The notes below the pieces were generated by a model. That model was not told the DNA's origin. It did no database searches and saw only the letters and a list, made by a program, of their open reading frames with translations. A stretch of DNA of 49,831 bases, filler included, from Perkinsus olseni (lineage: Eukaryota): assembly GCA_013115125.1 (NCBI GenBank). It is 2 parts of 2 records of this genome, joined end to end, with 100 filler letters (N's around TTAATTAATTAA, not from the genome) between each part and the next. Parts side by side here need not be neighbours in the genome. Positions count along the whole stretch, not along the records: positions 1 to 24,923 come from JABANN010000503.1; positions 25,024 to 49,831 come from JABANN010000504.1. The stretch is one strand, 5' to 3'. Shown here in pieces: positions 24,085-35,933 of the stretch; position 1 is the stretch's first letter, and each line of letters opens with the position of its first letter. The translations under genes were made by a program, and so were the position numbers.

Positions 24085-24923
24085 CTAGTGATTACGAATA
24101 CACCGCTTTCCCAGCACCTTACATAAAAATTGGGATTTGGTGTTACGAAATCGATCGACTAGTAGACTATCAGTCTCGTGCCATACCATACATTTCGAAC
24201 ATTGAACCCATGAAGTAATTGAAGGATCAGAAGCACGAGGATAGTACCTAGTCAAATTAGCATAAAGTTGGATTGGCGAAATATCCCTAGAGGCACTGTG
24301 ACCTCCTACGGGCAAAATTTTGCATGTACTCGGACTGATACATTCGACGATACGAAAGGGACCAGAAAAGTCCGGACATGCTCGCTCCTTAGACGGAGTA
24401 AAAACTAGGACGAGATCGCCTTCCTTGAAGGAAGGGGTCTGGGCCGCACCATATTTTCGTTGAAGTGCTGCTTGTTGTATCTCCTTCTGCTTCTTCCAAT
24501 ATAGTTGGTAATCAGAGAACTGAGTTTTAGTGATAGCAACAGACTCAGCATGTAACTTAGTTAAGAACTCCTGCTCCACGGGGTTCAATAAATGTTGTAC
24601 ACCAGAGACCAGATTGGATAGATCTTCTGTTGGATCAGATGGTACATCACAGGGTATTCTGCCAGCATAGGCATAAAAAAGGTATAACGGGCATAGGCTA
24701 CTCTGAGAATCATAAGGGGTACTATTCATGATAAGTTGGAAATGAGCAATACGCTCGGGCCAAGCCTCAGGCTCACTGCCAGTTAAGAAATCTGCCTGCA
24801 GAGCTTTACGTACAAACCTATGACACGCCTCGTACCAGCCAGCATAACCTCTAGCGTAGGGTGGTAATATGGCAATTTGTATTGCCTTTTTTGCACCCCA
24901 CGCTTTAAGCTTCTGATATTGGC
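24085..24923 (-). mobile_element. Ty3/Gypsy-like integrase C-terminal half with GPF motif and terminal CW-type zinc-finger-like domain; 5' part lost in the gap
   Basis: Open frame from the gap: ILPPYARGYAGWYEACHR (catalytic-E helix), MNSTPY..LCPLYLFY, FKEGDLVLV, FSGPFRIV (GPY/F), then WVQCSKCMVWH...FLCKVLGKRC*, followed by PPT and LTR. Confidence 0.85.
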
Positions 24924-25022
24924 NNNNNNNNNNNNNNNNNNNNNNNNNNNNNNNNNNNNNNNNNNNNTTAATTAATTAANNNNNNNNNNNNNNNNNNNNN
25001 NNNNNNNNNNNNNNNNNNNNNN
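24924..25022. other. Assembly gap with artificial TTAATTAATTAA six-frame-stop spacer
   Basis: N-run, ttaattaattaa (24968-24979), N-run. Confidence 0.97.
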
Positions 25023-26520
25023 NGATGGCACCGCAGAGTGGCTCATGTGAGTCCTCTTCGCTCGAATTGCGAGGCCTGCCGTAGTTCGGCAGGCGCATCG
25101 CGGCTTCTACCGCTTCAACAGTGTCGTACGGTTCGAAACGCGGCCCTTCGTCTGTGGTGGACCCACAAACCGGTACAAATACCGTGCTGAAGTCGCCTTT
25201 ATGACGCATCTTGAGAGCCTCAGTGATAACGATTTCTTGTACCTCGAACATCAGGTGTACATCGTTTGTACTGAAGCCGCATCGTGTCGTGAGGACGCGG
25301 TCGTAGCATTCCTTGGTAGTCAAGCAAGATATATCTTCCACTCTAAAGCCTTCCAAGCATGTCTCGTTATTTCCAATGCCGATTAAATTCTTTGAGATGT
25401 TACTCTTGGCGAACTGGCTAGGCGTAGTGAAGTACGGTAAGCCTGCTGATATGAGGCCTATCCACACGGGCTTGGGCGAGGCCTGGATCACATGGGACAC
25501 GACTCGCACATTCCAGTCAGTCAGCTCTACTGAGAACTGGCTGAAACGATAAAGGTTGTGTTTCTTCGCTGTAGAGTGATACGAATGGACATAGGCTGTG
25601 TACATGCTTGCGAGGTAAGTGGCGAGATCCTCAGAAACGGAACCAACGATAGGGAGCGTTTTGCACCAGCAAGAGTTGCCCATCCAAGAAAGAGTCGCTC
25701 TATTGAAGATCCAGAACCTGAATATGGCCCGCGATACGCTGATAATATTTACCAGAATGTCGCGATTACGCAAGACGAAATGCATACATAATAGGCAAAA
25801 ATCGAAGAAGCGAAGGTTAATAATGGGCCTGCTTCTCAGGGGCAAATGTGCTGTTTGAATGCAAGTAACTCCTGAACTTCAGGACCTCAAGTTGCCTTAA
25901 TTGAAGTAAACTTGTGAAACAGGCCCAAAGCCGAGAGATCAGGGGGAGCTCAACGCCTTACAATGGGCTCTGTTGTTGGGTAGCATGATTCTCAATCTCA
26001 ACGAGGTCGCTGAACACTTCGACCGACGTGCGCGGCTCAGGAGCCGTGACGTTAATGCCAATCAGAGCGTTCATGCTGTTCATTTGCCTGACTGAGGTTA
26101 CCTTGGAAGATGCGGCGGAGAATTCTGAGTTCTGAATTCATCATGGAGAGCTCACGAGGGTTCCGCAGGTTGTTGTTCAACGTGTTGCGGAACTCGTCGA
26201 GCGAACGAAGAGAATGTATGATTGTGTCAAGGATTAGCGGTGGTTACTCGGGAGTGAGCTCGGGCTTCAATCGGGTCTCCTCGCCAGAGGTGACGAGGCT
26301 GAGATTAATGCCGAATAGTAAAGGAAGAACTGTAACCACCAGGACCATGAAAACCTGAATCAATGCGTGCACCCCTACTTGCCGATGTAGCCGATCGTAC
26401 TGGGCAACATAGCTCCATTATGGTTGCGACAGGGTGGCGTCTCTTGACACGGTAATTCTTCATGAGCAATGCTTTGAGCTGAGAACCGGCTCCTGAATGA
26501 TGCTCTGCCTCTGCTGTCAT
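25023..26520 (-). CDS. ABC transporter subfamily A, 5' part (first TM plus extracellular domain), truncated by the gap
   Basis: First exon MTAEAEHHSGAGSQLKALLMKNYRVKRRHPVATIMELCCP matches the ABCA N-terminal signature QL..LL.KN....R......E...P. Next exon VFMVLVVTVLPLLF (TM1); a long exon ends EPLCGAI at the gap. Confidence 0.75.
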
Positions 26521-27129
26521 CTGCTCGACGTAGTCGGCCGAGCTTCCACGTGTTGTACCGCCCGTAATGCGATCATGCGCATGCACACAATCACTACCAC
26601 ATGAAGTAGCAACCGGCGGTTCGTCCATAATGAGAAGTCGCGAACTTCCATCAGCGGTGTCACGGGGCAAGCTCTGATGGACTTCCCAGAATTTATGCCA
26701 AACCAACGCGCGAGCGCCGTCCAGGATTGGCGATTCGCAGCAACTAGCTATGAGTTCACGCTGAGCTGCTCGCGTGAGTACCGACTCGCAACCCAACACG
26801 AGATTCATCGCGAAAAGATAGCCACAAGAGGTAGTATTAATTCCGGAGTGCTGGTGGCAGGGAAGGACCAATGTCAATATCGCCAAGTACTGGGGAATGG
26901 GCAATACCGCAGCACCGCCGGACACCACGCGACCATTAGATCGGTCACGTCAGTCACAGAGTCACTGAGGTACTCTGTAATCATGACGGGGGAAAAGGAT
27001 TGAGTAATAATGCCTGACTGATGAAAAGCCTCGTAATGGGGCCACTCTATGAAAGAACGGGCAACGGCTGGAATACCGCTAGTAGAGAAGCGTGACCGCC
27101 ATCTGCTACCAATTTTAGCTGGGTACTCT

Positions 27130-27543
27130 CTAGGGGGGACAGCCGTTTTTCACGAGGGCCTCTGTGTTGCCCTCGAACTGAACCTTCACCGCCTCAGCCG
27201 TAGGGTCATAATCAAATGTGTACAGGTCTCCGTCATGAGTGCGGTACGGACATCTGGCATTCACTTCTGCTATGAAGGCTTGATAATCTGCCATACTGTT
27301 CTTCGCAATTTGGTAGTGGTATTGGGTTGGCTCGTTCAGGTGAAGCGTTTCTGACGTGACGCCGTAGCCACATTCAAGATAGAGAATCATTTCGCGGGTC
27401 TCGTTAGGCAACCATTCAACTTCGAGGCAGTCCCTGGGAGCCTACACCACCTTGGAATACTTCCCTTGAGGAGGATGAGCGTGCTGGGCTTCAGGTAGGG
27501 TGGGCAAGGCGAGGGCAACGCAGAGCACGAAGAAGGACCACAT
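27130..27543 (-). pseudogene. Small secreted protein gene with an in-frame TAG at codon 34
   Basis: MWSFFVLCVALALPTLPEAQHAHPPQGKYSKVV*APRDCLEVEWLPNETREMILYLECG...LVKNGCPP*: signal peptide-like start, with the frame continuous across TAG at 27442-27444. Confidence 0.65.
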
Positions 27544-29773
27544 GTAAGCAGGGTATGCTGCGGAACTAAAGAACGCTGCAGGAGCACAGCTGGCGTCATG
27601 AATTACCCTGACGAACTGCCGCCTCAGGATGCGTAGCAGGAGAGCAGCTCAAGAACGCTTAATCGAACTTGCGAACGTGCGATGTTATAGCTAAGCCACG
27701 CTATCTGAAGGCCAGCCCAGTTCTCTCATTTGATCTGTACAGCTCCACAAATAGTAAGAGCTAGCTCAGCAGACGTGCTTCCCAAGGTGATAGCACAGAA
27801 TGCCAAATTCAATATCCGAAGTCGTAAGGGGACCCGGTACTTCTGGATCCAAGCGACTCACGAATGGAGATCAGATCCTCATGTCTGGCAGCCAGACTCT
27901 GGCTACGCAATGTGCTTTCAGCTGAGCGCGTGCATGCACATTCGCTAAGACGCTAGTGCAACTGCGACAAGACGATCTGACGCTGATACAGCGACTGCGC
28001 CACGGAACTGAACGATCAATTTCGCTACGATCAACTGTTCCCCGATATTGTCGGGTGCAGCACGAGTATTGCCGGTAGGTGATCCAAGCTGGCACTCGTT
28101 GCGATCTCCGGGCAGGTCACAGGGTACTCCGAATCCTCATGGAGTACATAGCTGAACACTTCACAGTTGGCTACAGTACCTCTCAGCTCGCCTCTCCAGC
28201 TGCTCCCGAGCTCCCTCAGCTAAGCAACTTCCTACGACTTGACAGCTCTCGCTTTGTGGGCAGACAGTAGGCTGGTGACTGCCATTGTCAGCCTATAACG
28301 TCCATCTACCCTCTATTGAAACCCGTCACATGGTTGATCCTCCATGCTCTTGTCAAGCGGGATTGACTTGCTGGAATATGCGAACCCCCATCTCTCTCTT
28401 CATTGCACAGGGGCACACCCTTAACCCTCAAAAGTGAACCCGAACCATGATCGAGACGAGTCAAACTCAGAGCGCAAGGAAGGGTCCGCTCAACTTCAGG
28501 GCAGTCGGATGAAGGATAATCTACCTTGAAGGTCATTCTTGTTGGTGGGAAACGAACCTAATCAGCCGATGACGGCGGTAGTGTCGCTGTCCTGTACTGC
28601 GACTGATGATGGGTGACCAGGTGAGTCGCCAGGCGCACTCTACTAGGGAGACAGCGCGTCAGTATGTAGTGGGATGTTGCGCACTTCGTGTGTATGCGTG
28701 CTTTATCAGATCTATAGCTAATCGGCGCGGCTGGTGTAGTTGGTCGTCGTTCCAGCTCTTAGCGCCCTCAATCGTCACTCCTCTCACTAACCACTTAACC
28801 TAAGGCTCCTCGCGGTTGTGTTAACTGAATCTGGGCACTAGAGTCACCACTAGTTATACCCGATACGAACCCTACTACAAGTACATAGCGGGATCCACAC
28901 GCACGCAACTATAGCTAATCAGTTGAGAAATGAGCTCCAGGTGAGAGGAGATTAATGGTCTCATAAACTTACTATAACAGAGGTGTTAAGTCATGATCAC
29001 AGGATCGCTATGGCACTGAATCGAGCACTCACTACTCCTCGCCAATCCTCCTTGTCGGCTAGGGTGACGCAGAGACTGACCACGTGTTGACGCTCACGTA
29101 CACGAGGCATCTGACACGCACTCATCAGAATCAGAGCCACCATCGTGCTCAACATTTAATTGGGAGAAGTGCTGTATTACCAGCGGGCCTCGAATGTTGC
29201 ACAGTAGAGGCTTGTGGCAATGTACGCTGGTTGACGGCGGTCCAGAGGACGATGCGCGCAATGCGCGTTGACAACTGACTTAAGAATTGCAAGTAAGAGC
29301 AAGAATTACAAGATCGCAAACTGTGTGCGCTTTGCGCCGAATATGGTATCCCGTTCAACAGTGGCGATCATTTTCAGTGTGGAACAGCAAAGCTTCCCTT
29401 AACGGCGCAAACCTTACCTCCCACTTCGCCCCTAGTTGACCCCGATTTGAAATTATTGATCGAACTTCGTTTCGGTGCAGCCGGAGAGTCTTGTGTCATA
29501 GTGCCCAAATTGCCCTCGGCCGAGTGCCCCTGTTACCGCTGGGCTGTAGCCCACCGTGCGGGAGGTCGTTGTTGGTCATTGCGACTGCTCAGTTGATACC
29601 AAGTGATCATCATCTTCTTTGTTATTGTCGTTGTTGTTGACGTCTTTGGCTTCGAAGCTTGTGATATTGATAGACTAACGATATCCACAAGAAACCCCTG
29701 ACAAAACGTCTAACAGTAAGCCGACGACGATCATGATGAGCCTCTATCGATCCAGGACTAGACCCTCATAGGT

Positions 29774-32700
29774 ATGACAAATGGTGAAACGAGTACCCCT
29801 ATGAAGTCAACGATGAGTGGCGACTTGAAGGCTCTCCTGAGCAACTCCTTGGCAAGCATCAGTGTTGATGCCGCTGACGTGGACTCTCCAGCACGCTCGA
29901 TGACGCCCTTCAATGTGAATGCCGCTGAATTTATACCGCAGTCGGCTAGGAAGGCAGATGGGAGAGTGAGTCTTCGGATGGTCCTTTCTACTGGTCGAAT
30001 ATTCTCTTCTAGGATGATGCCGGCAATACATCGCTGAATGCGAACGCTCCTGTGTTTGTGCCTGGCGGTGCCGTTGCTGCTGCTGCCGACCTCGCAGCTG
30101 GTGGTAACGGACGTAATGCAGTGCCTACAGACCCGAGTGAGACGGTTAAAGAAGAGATATGCCAGGTTCCACTGCCGCTGCCAGCGAGTCTTTTCTTTCA
30201 TCACCTTTATTGTAGATTATTCATTCCATGGGAATGACTGGCATACGCGTAACGCAGTTGCCGCATCAGTATCGGAGATGTACCGGCAAGTGGCTCATCC
30301 TATCGGACACCAAGTTCTCAACACTCTCTGACGTTGTCGATGATATTAAAGTTGGTTGCTTCTTCGCAATTATCGAGTCATCATGGCACGCTTTATAGGC
30401 TCGCATCGAGTTCATCGATACCCCAGGGAGGCCCTCTACTGATAGGCATCCCGCGTCAACCACTGCCTCTACTGCCAGTGACAAGAAACTAGTAGTAGAA
30501 CCCTCAGTCAACGCTCCAGGTAGCGTTACGGGTTATTCCTTCGGAATGCTAGGCAGAGTGTTTCATCAGGAGCAGCGGCCTGCCCTCCCCTAGTGATAGG
30601 GCATCATGCAGACCGCATAGTAATGGACAAGTATTTCGGCCACTACTCGGAGGAGCTAAATTTTTTTAGACAGCTCGTCGTCGCGGTTGTTAGGTAGTCG
30701 TACCGATTTACGCTGGTTGGTGGAGCATTATTTCTGTCAGGGATTTTTGCCTTCGAAATCAGTGCGCGAGTGGCAGTCAAGGGGATGTGAATATCAGCAG
30801 CTCAAGCCCGATCGACGCTCACTCTAACACTCGGAGAGCCCCTCCTCACCAGCGACCAGCTGGACTAGCGCTTTCCCTGTTCGCCGCTGAATGGGATAGG
30901 TTAGGCTATGGTTTTGTGACGGCGTTGGTAGGCGGTTTTTGAGGTACTTTCACGGAGCACACGGGCTTAAGGAGATGCGCGAACGGTTTGGGGTTATGAA
31001 GCTGATGCCCTTCCTCCATTCTATAAAGGAATTGGACATTGTTGGGACGCATCCTGAGGTAGTACTTGTCTCAAGAGTCCTCGTCCTTATCGCAAGTCTG
31101 GTGCAGGTCCGAGTTCGGATGAAGCCAGAGTATCTCTACTCGTGCCCTTCAGCTGCTAGTACTTCTCCAACCACTCCGAAGTCTCTTGCTGCTCGCGCTG
31201 CCAGTCATGCCCCCCCGGGCTTCGATCCGAGTGAGATGCTTTTGCCCAACAATTTAGCGTATCTTGTAATCTCAGGAGCTCCTGTGGTGAGTGATGGGCA
31301 CTTCCACGCTGGGAATCCTCGGCCGGCACCCCCTCCTCAAACGAACGTAAAAGTGTGGCCCCTTGAGGTCTCGCCTCACCGTCTGTGTTAGAGTCATCGC
31401 CAAGATTATTCTACCCAAGCGACAGCCACGGCCCTTCTTGCACAGCAGCTGCTGCAATCTCAACAGCAGCTCATGGCGGTGATAAGTCACCAGCAGCAGC
31501 AACTAGCGATGATGGGAGCACCGACTTCGGTAGTACGATATTGAAGTACGCGGTAGAGGTGGCCAGGGTTCTTTCGTAGGGCCAGGCGACGGAGTTGGAG
31601 TCCCTCCTGTCGAGCTTGTTGGCCGGTATGGATAACGCGCATGCTGGAGCTGCCAATGGCAGTGCCATCAGCGCGACCAACGATTCTGAGGTGAGGCCTG
31701 GGGCGCGTTGTGGGCGATTTTGCTCAGTTCGTTCTCATTGAGAGCCCTCTACACTTCTACGGGAATTTCAATGAAATCTTGGTCTCTCTTGAGGAACTGA
31801 ACCTCCACTGTAAGCAAAGATTCTCCGAACTGAATTTTCTGGTAGGGTATACCAACGGCACCGGCCATTTGGTGCGTGGATATCTCTGTTGATCCAATCA
31901 CTTGCCAAGCTGATTGTTCAAGCTCGACTGGATTGAGCTCTTGTCGTTGTTGGCTCATATTTTGTGGCAGCTATGAGTGTGGGCTTAGGTACCTCAGCAA
32001 CCTTCGAGCACGTCACCGACACCTGTAGAGAGTCATGGCACATTAGTATCATCGGCTCTCATTTCTAAAGACGACCTGAAGCAGCTTCTCTTGAGCGTGA
32101 GTGCTGCCCTGAGGAATCCCTTGTGGTTTATCACGTGTACTGTTTAGGTTGTGGACGGAGTCTGTGGTGAACAGGCAAGGGCTTGGGACGCTCGAGAGGA
32201 TTTCCTTTCGGTTCTCACTGCTGCTGCTGGAGATGAGTCTGACTCTAGCGACAGCAGTTCGTACAGCGATGGAGGCAACTCTGATTTGAGGTAGTGTGAT
32301 TGTCACAGGAGAAGACTGCCGAATGACCGTGTCCTGCGGTGCTCAGCTTCCGACGTACTGAGATGGATGCTAAGTTGGCTTCCCTTGGAGGCAGTATACC
32401 GGAGTCGTTGATTACAGCAGAGAGGGAGATGCAGGCCCAGTCGAAGAGGTCCGTCTCTACCCACTACTACAGGCATCGTAGTGTACTGCTCAGGAACAAG
32501 ACAGTGGGCATGCCGGTATCGTCTGTGAAGCGAGCGTGGAAGAGGGCTTATCCCAGCCTCAATCCTCTCGATTTTTATATGACCTACTTTGGCATCCGCA
32601 AGCTCAAGTTCCTACTGCTGGAGATACCGCAGTTGCTGCTTATTGGTAGCTTTCAGTGCTGCCGCGGTCTAGGAGTATCGATGGTTGATTTCAGGCAGCG

Positions 32701-34899
32701 GCGGGTCGATGAGGGTGGCGACCTTCGCTCACGCCTTGAAGTACTGTGACCCTTTCCCTTCGGACTGTCGATCGGGCGCCACTGGGTTCGACTCGGACGA
32801 GGTATTCGCCGGCAAGAACGGTCTCCGCCAGCAACTTCATAAGTAGTAACTGCTCAGTGTGATGACGACCGTGATGATGATGCAGGTTGTTATTCGATCT
32901 GGTGGCGGAGAAGTGCCAGGAGCAGCAGCTGGCAGAGCTTACAACTAGGGCCACGCTGGGTGATGCTGAGGCCCGGGGATTGTTGGAGAGGTACAGCGAG
33001 GCAGGACAGAGTCTGTCGAAAGAAGCCGAGAGAGCGAAGGTACTTTACGGTTGTCACGGGAGAGTTACTCGGTGTCTATGGCAGGACGGCGTGGTGCCTC
33101 CGAGTGTTCGTGGTAAGCCGGCTCCGATCGATACCACTACGGCGACCTCGGCTGATGATGACAGTATGGAGGAGATAATAAGGATGGTTCCGGAGGTACG
33201 GCGGTGCTGCTGGGTGAGCCGCTCTCGGAGGAGGAGACTTCTCTTGGTCAGCCTGAAGGGGTGCCAATCAGCGATATCGAGAGGCTGTGGTATGAGAAAT
33301 ATGAGAAACATCTGCAGCCAATGTTGGAGCATGCTGGATATAGGAACGTAAGATGCGAGGACGAATTGAGGGGTTCTCATCACTGGTGATTTCCGTAGGC
33401 GAGTCGTCTCATCCACACTTGCCCTGGGCTGAGAGTCTTCGGTCATGGTGTCTGCATGAGATGCCGGGTCGGCAAGAAGGTAGCAGCATCGATGCTGTCG
33501 TCGTTTAGGTGGATTGGATGCTTCTCAGGCGTCCCTGTCGTCACCGAAGACGGTGGATACCAGGCCATCGATTATCACTCCTGAGACGGTGCCGTTGCCC
33601 ACACCGATGAAACAACAACAGCAACAACAGCAGCAGCAAGGCTTGACGAAGACCCCAATTTGTCTGGCAGATGATCTCCTTCCTAGTGCTGTTGAGGTAC
33701 TAAGGCGCCTCGCCGTCACCGAGTGTATCGATAGTAACTCTCACCACAAAATGAGCGGGCAGGATATGCAGTTCTCGCCACACACCGTTGGCGCCTCAGG
33801 AAGGATCTGGAATCAATTTGAGTATCTTTTTTCGTGATCTTAACAGTGGAAACTTCAATTCGGAGTGCTCTATGTAAGCAGATAATTTCAAGATGCAGTT
33901 ATGGCGACCTCGTGCTCGGGATCTTCAACACAACACGAATCAAGATTAGTGTTTCTGGATCCTGGTGCATCATCTCAATCATCCTGACCCTTGAACTGAA
34001 GATCTAATTTCACTTTAATTCCCAATTCCGTACGAGGGTTGCCTATCAGCTTGGGACGAAAATGGTGCGGCCTTCTCTTGAAAAATTGAAACGTGTAGTA
34101 TACGGCATGATGATCTTTTTACTGTTCGTCTGGTTTGCAGTAGAGAGTGGGTATAAGTGTCTCCGCATTCCTCGGGACAGTATTTGAATGCAATTGTAGA
34201 CACTCCACCTCTCTGACGGATTGCTCTCTGTTTCAGTCCCCGGTTGGGATGATGAATGCTGGCCAGTCTGGCACTTCGGCTCGTAGCTCCACTTCCTCGA
34301 GGGCGACCCCGGCAGCGGAGGGAATATTTGCACAGCGCTTGACGGCAACCAACAGTAACGCTGATTTCATACCAGCTGCCATAGCCGGTCTGTACGGGAG
34401 TGATGCACCACCTGCAACTCAGCAAGCATCTTATACGACCGACGCGGACGCCCTCCTTGAACTCTTGTCGCTGCCTTGTGATGGGGTCACCAATACCGTC
34501 TCCACTGGTACTAATCCGTACGATCTCTATGGCTACTCTGATATTAATAATACTGACAATAGCAACAGCTTCTTGCAGCACGTAAGGCAGCGGTACTGTG
34601 TCGATTGTGGGATAAGTGGATCTTCTCCTCAGTCCCCTATGTTGTCGGTCGAAGGGCTCCTGGATGAAGTTGATACGCCGCCAACGAGAGTCACACCGTT
34701 CGGGGCATCTCCTTCTAACGAAACGCAGACTGCTTTGGACTCGGCCACAGCGGGCAATGATATGATGGGTCGTTTGTATACTCGAGAGGCTGTCCGCGGT
34801 ACTGCTACGACTAGCGATGCTGCTGCTGCTGCTGCCCAGGAGGTGTCATCTATCTGGAAGGATCCCGAAGAGCTCCACAAGCCGCTCACGGCCATATGA
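29774..34899 (+). CDS. PAM2-motif plus three LOTUS/OST-HTH domain protein, paralogue 1 (multi-exon)
   Basis: PAM2-like FNVNAAEFIP (29909) and LNANAPVFVP (30034). LOTUS-like GLALSLFAAEWDRYF...FGVMKLMPFLHSIKEL, GMPVSSVKRAWKRAYP...FGIRKLKFLLLEIP and GVPISDIERLWYEKYEKHL...AGY. Poly-Q at ~33612. Joining of the 34238-34899 exons is inferred from splice sites. Confidence 0.7.
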
Positions 34900-35933
34900 G
34901 GACTCCAATCCCAAATTAAGCATTTTCCTCTTCCTATTGAAGGAAGTCACGTTGTGGATGTTGATGGTTGTTGTTGTTATTGTGGTTGCCGATTGGAATC
35001 ACTCAGTCGTACTGCTGTCTTGCTACGATCTCCACTACTATTACCAAACTACTGCTTCATCACTGTGAAACAATATCTTAACGATAGTCATGAGAATAAT
35101 AATAAAAGAAAATATGATGTTAATACCTCTGCACCTGCAGTACACTGGGGGATAGTTCCCACTATCAACGTCAGTGTAGAAGGTGGCGTGGTGTCAATAT
35201 CGTCACTTCCATCTTAGCAACAGTATTACCATGTTACCACTCTTATCGTGGGCTTTGCCACTGCCACCGTGCAGTTGTGTGAGTCCCTTGAAGGATGCCC
35301 TGGGTCAATGATAATGACTCCCTGCAGGGTGATGATGATATTATGAGTGCTGCTTGTTACTGCTGCTGCTGCTTCTGATGGGTTTCGCTTCTCCTGCTGC
35401 ATATGGTGGGGAAGTACTGTTATTGTTAATATCGGCAACATCAGCATCGTCGAGGCTAGGAACCCCTTTTCTCGCATTTATGCCACCTGTTGGGTTTGAC
35501 AAGTAGTCGGAAGGAAAAAGTGCCGGCCGCGGGGATTGAACCCTGATCATTTGTCACTAGTCGGGAACTTTCATGCAAAATGCACGAAAAGGGCACGTTC
35601 TTTTGTCCTGTGGCTGTTGGCTGGCGACCAGCGATGTGCCGTGATAGGAATCCTATTCCGTCAGTAGTAGCCAAGTGGATGCGTGTGGGAGTTCAAGAGA
35701 GCATAGAGATGGAGGTCTCCTTTTCAATAGCATTTGGCTAGGAGCGAGCGAGAGGGAACAGCCTCAATTGAAAATCGGTCGTGCTACTTCGCAGTTAACT
35801 TTATCGTTACAGTACCGTTGCTGCTGCGGCAAGCAACAAGCCATTATTCTTACAGGTCTATTACTAATACAGAGGTAGGTCTGTCGAAAGCATACTCATC
35901 CGTGAAGTACACGGTTCGACCTAAGATACCACT

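Noticed and set aside
24968-24979. TTAATTAATTAA palindrome
   Set aside because: Artificial scaffold spacer between N-runs, not biological
28676-28978. Possible solo LTR (TGTT...AACA, internal ctatagctaatc repeat)
   Set aside because: No target-site duplication and no second copy in the window; too weak to call
32780-32797. B-box-like GGGTTCGACTC
   Set aside because: Lies in a coding exon (ATGFDSDE) of LOTUS paralogue 1; no tRNA context
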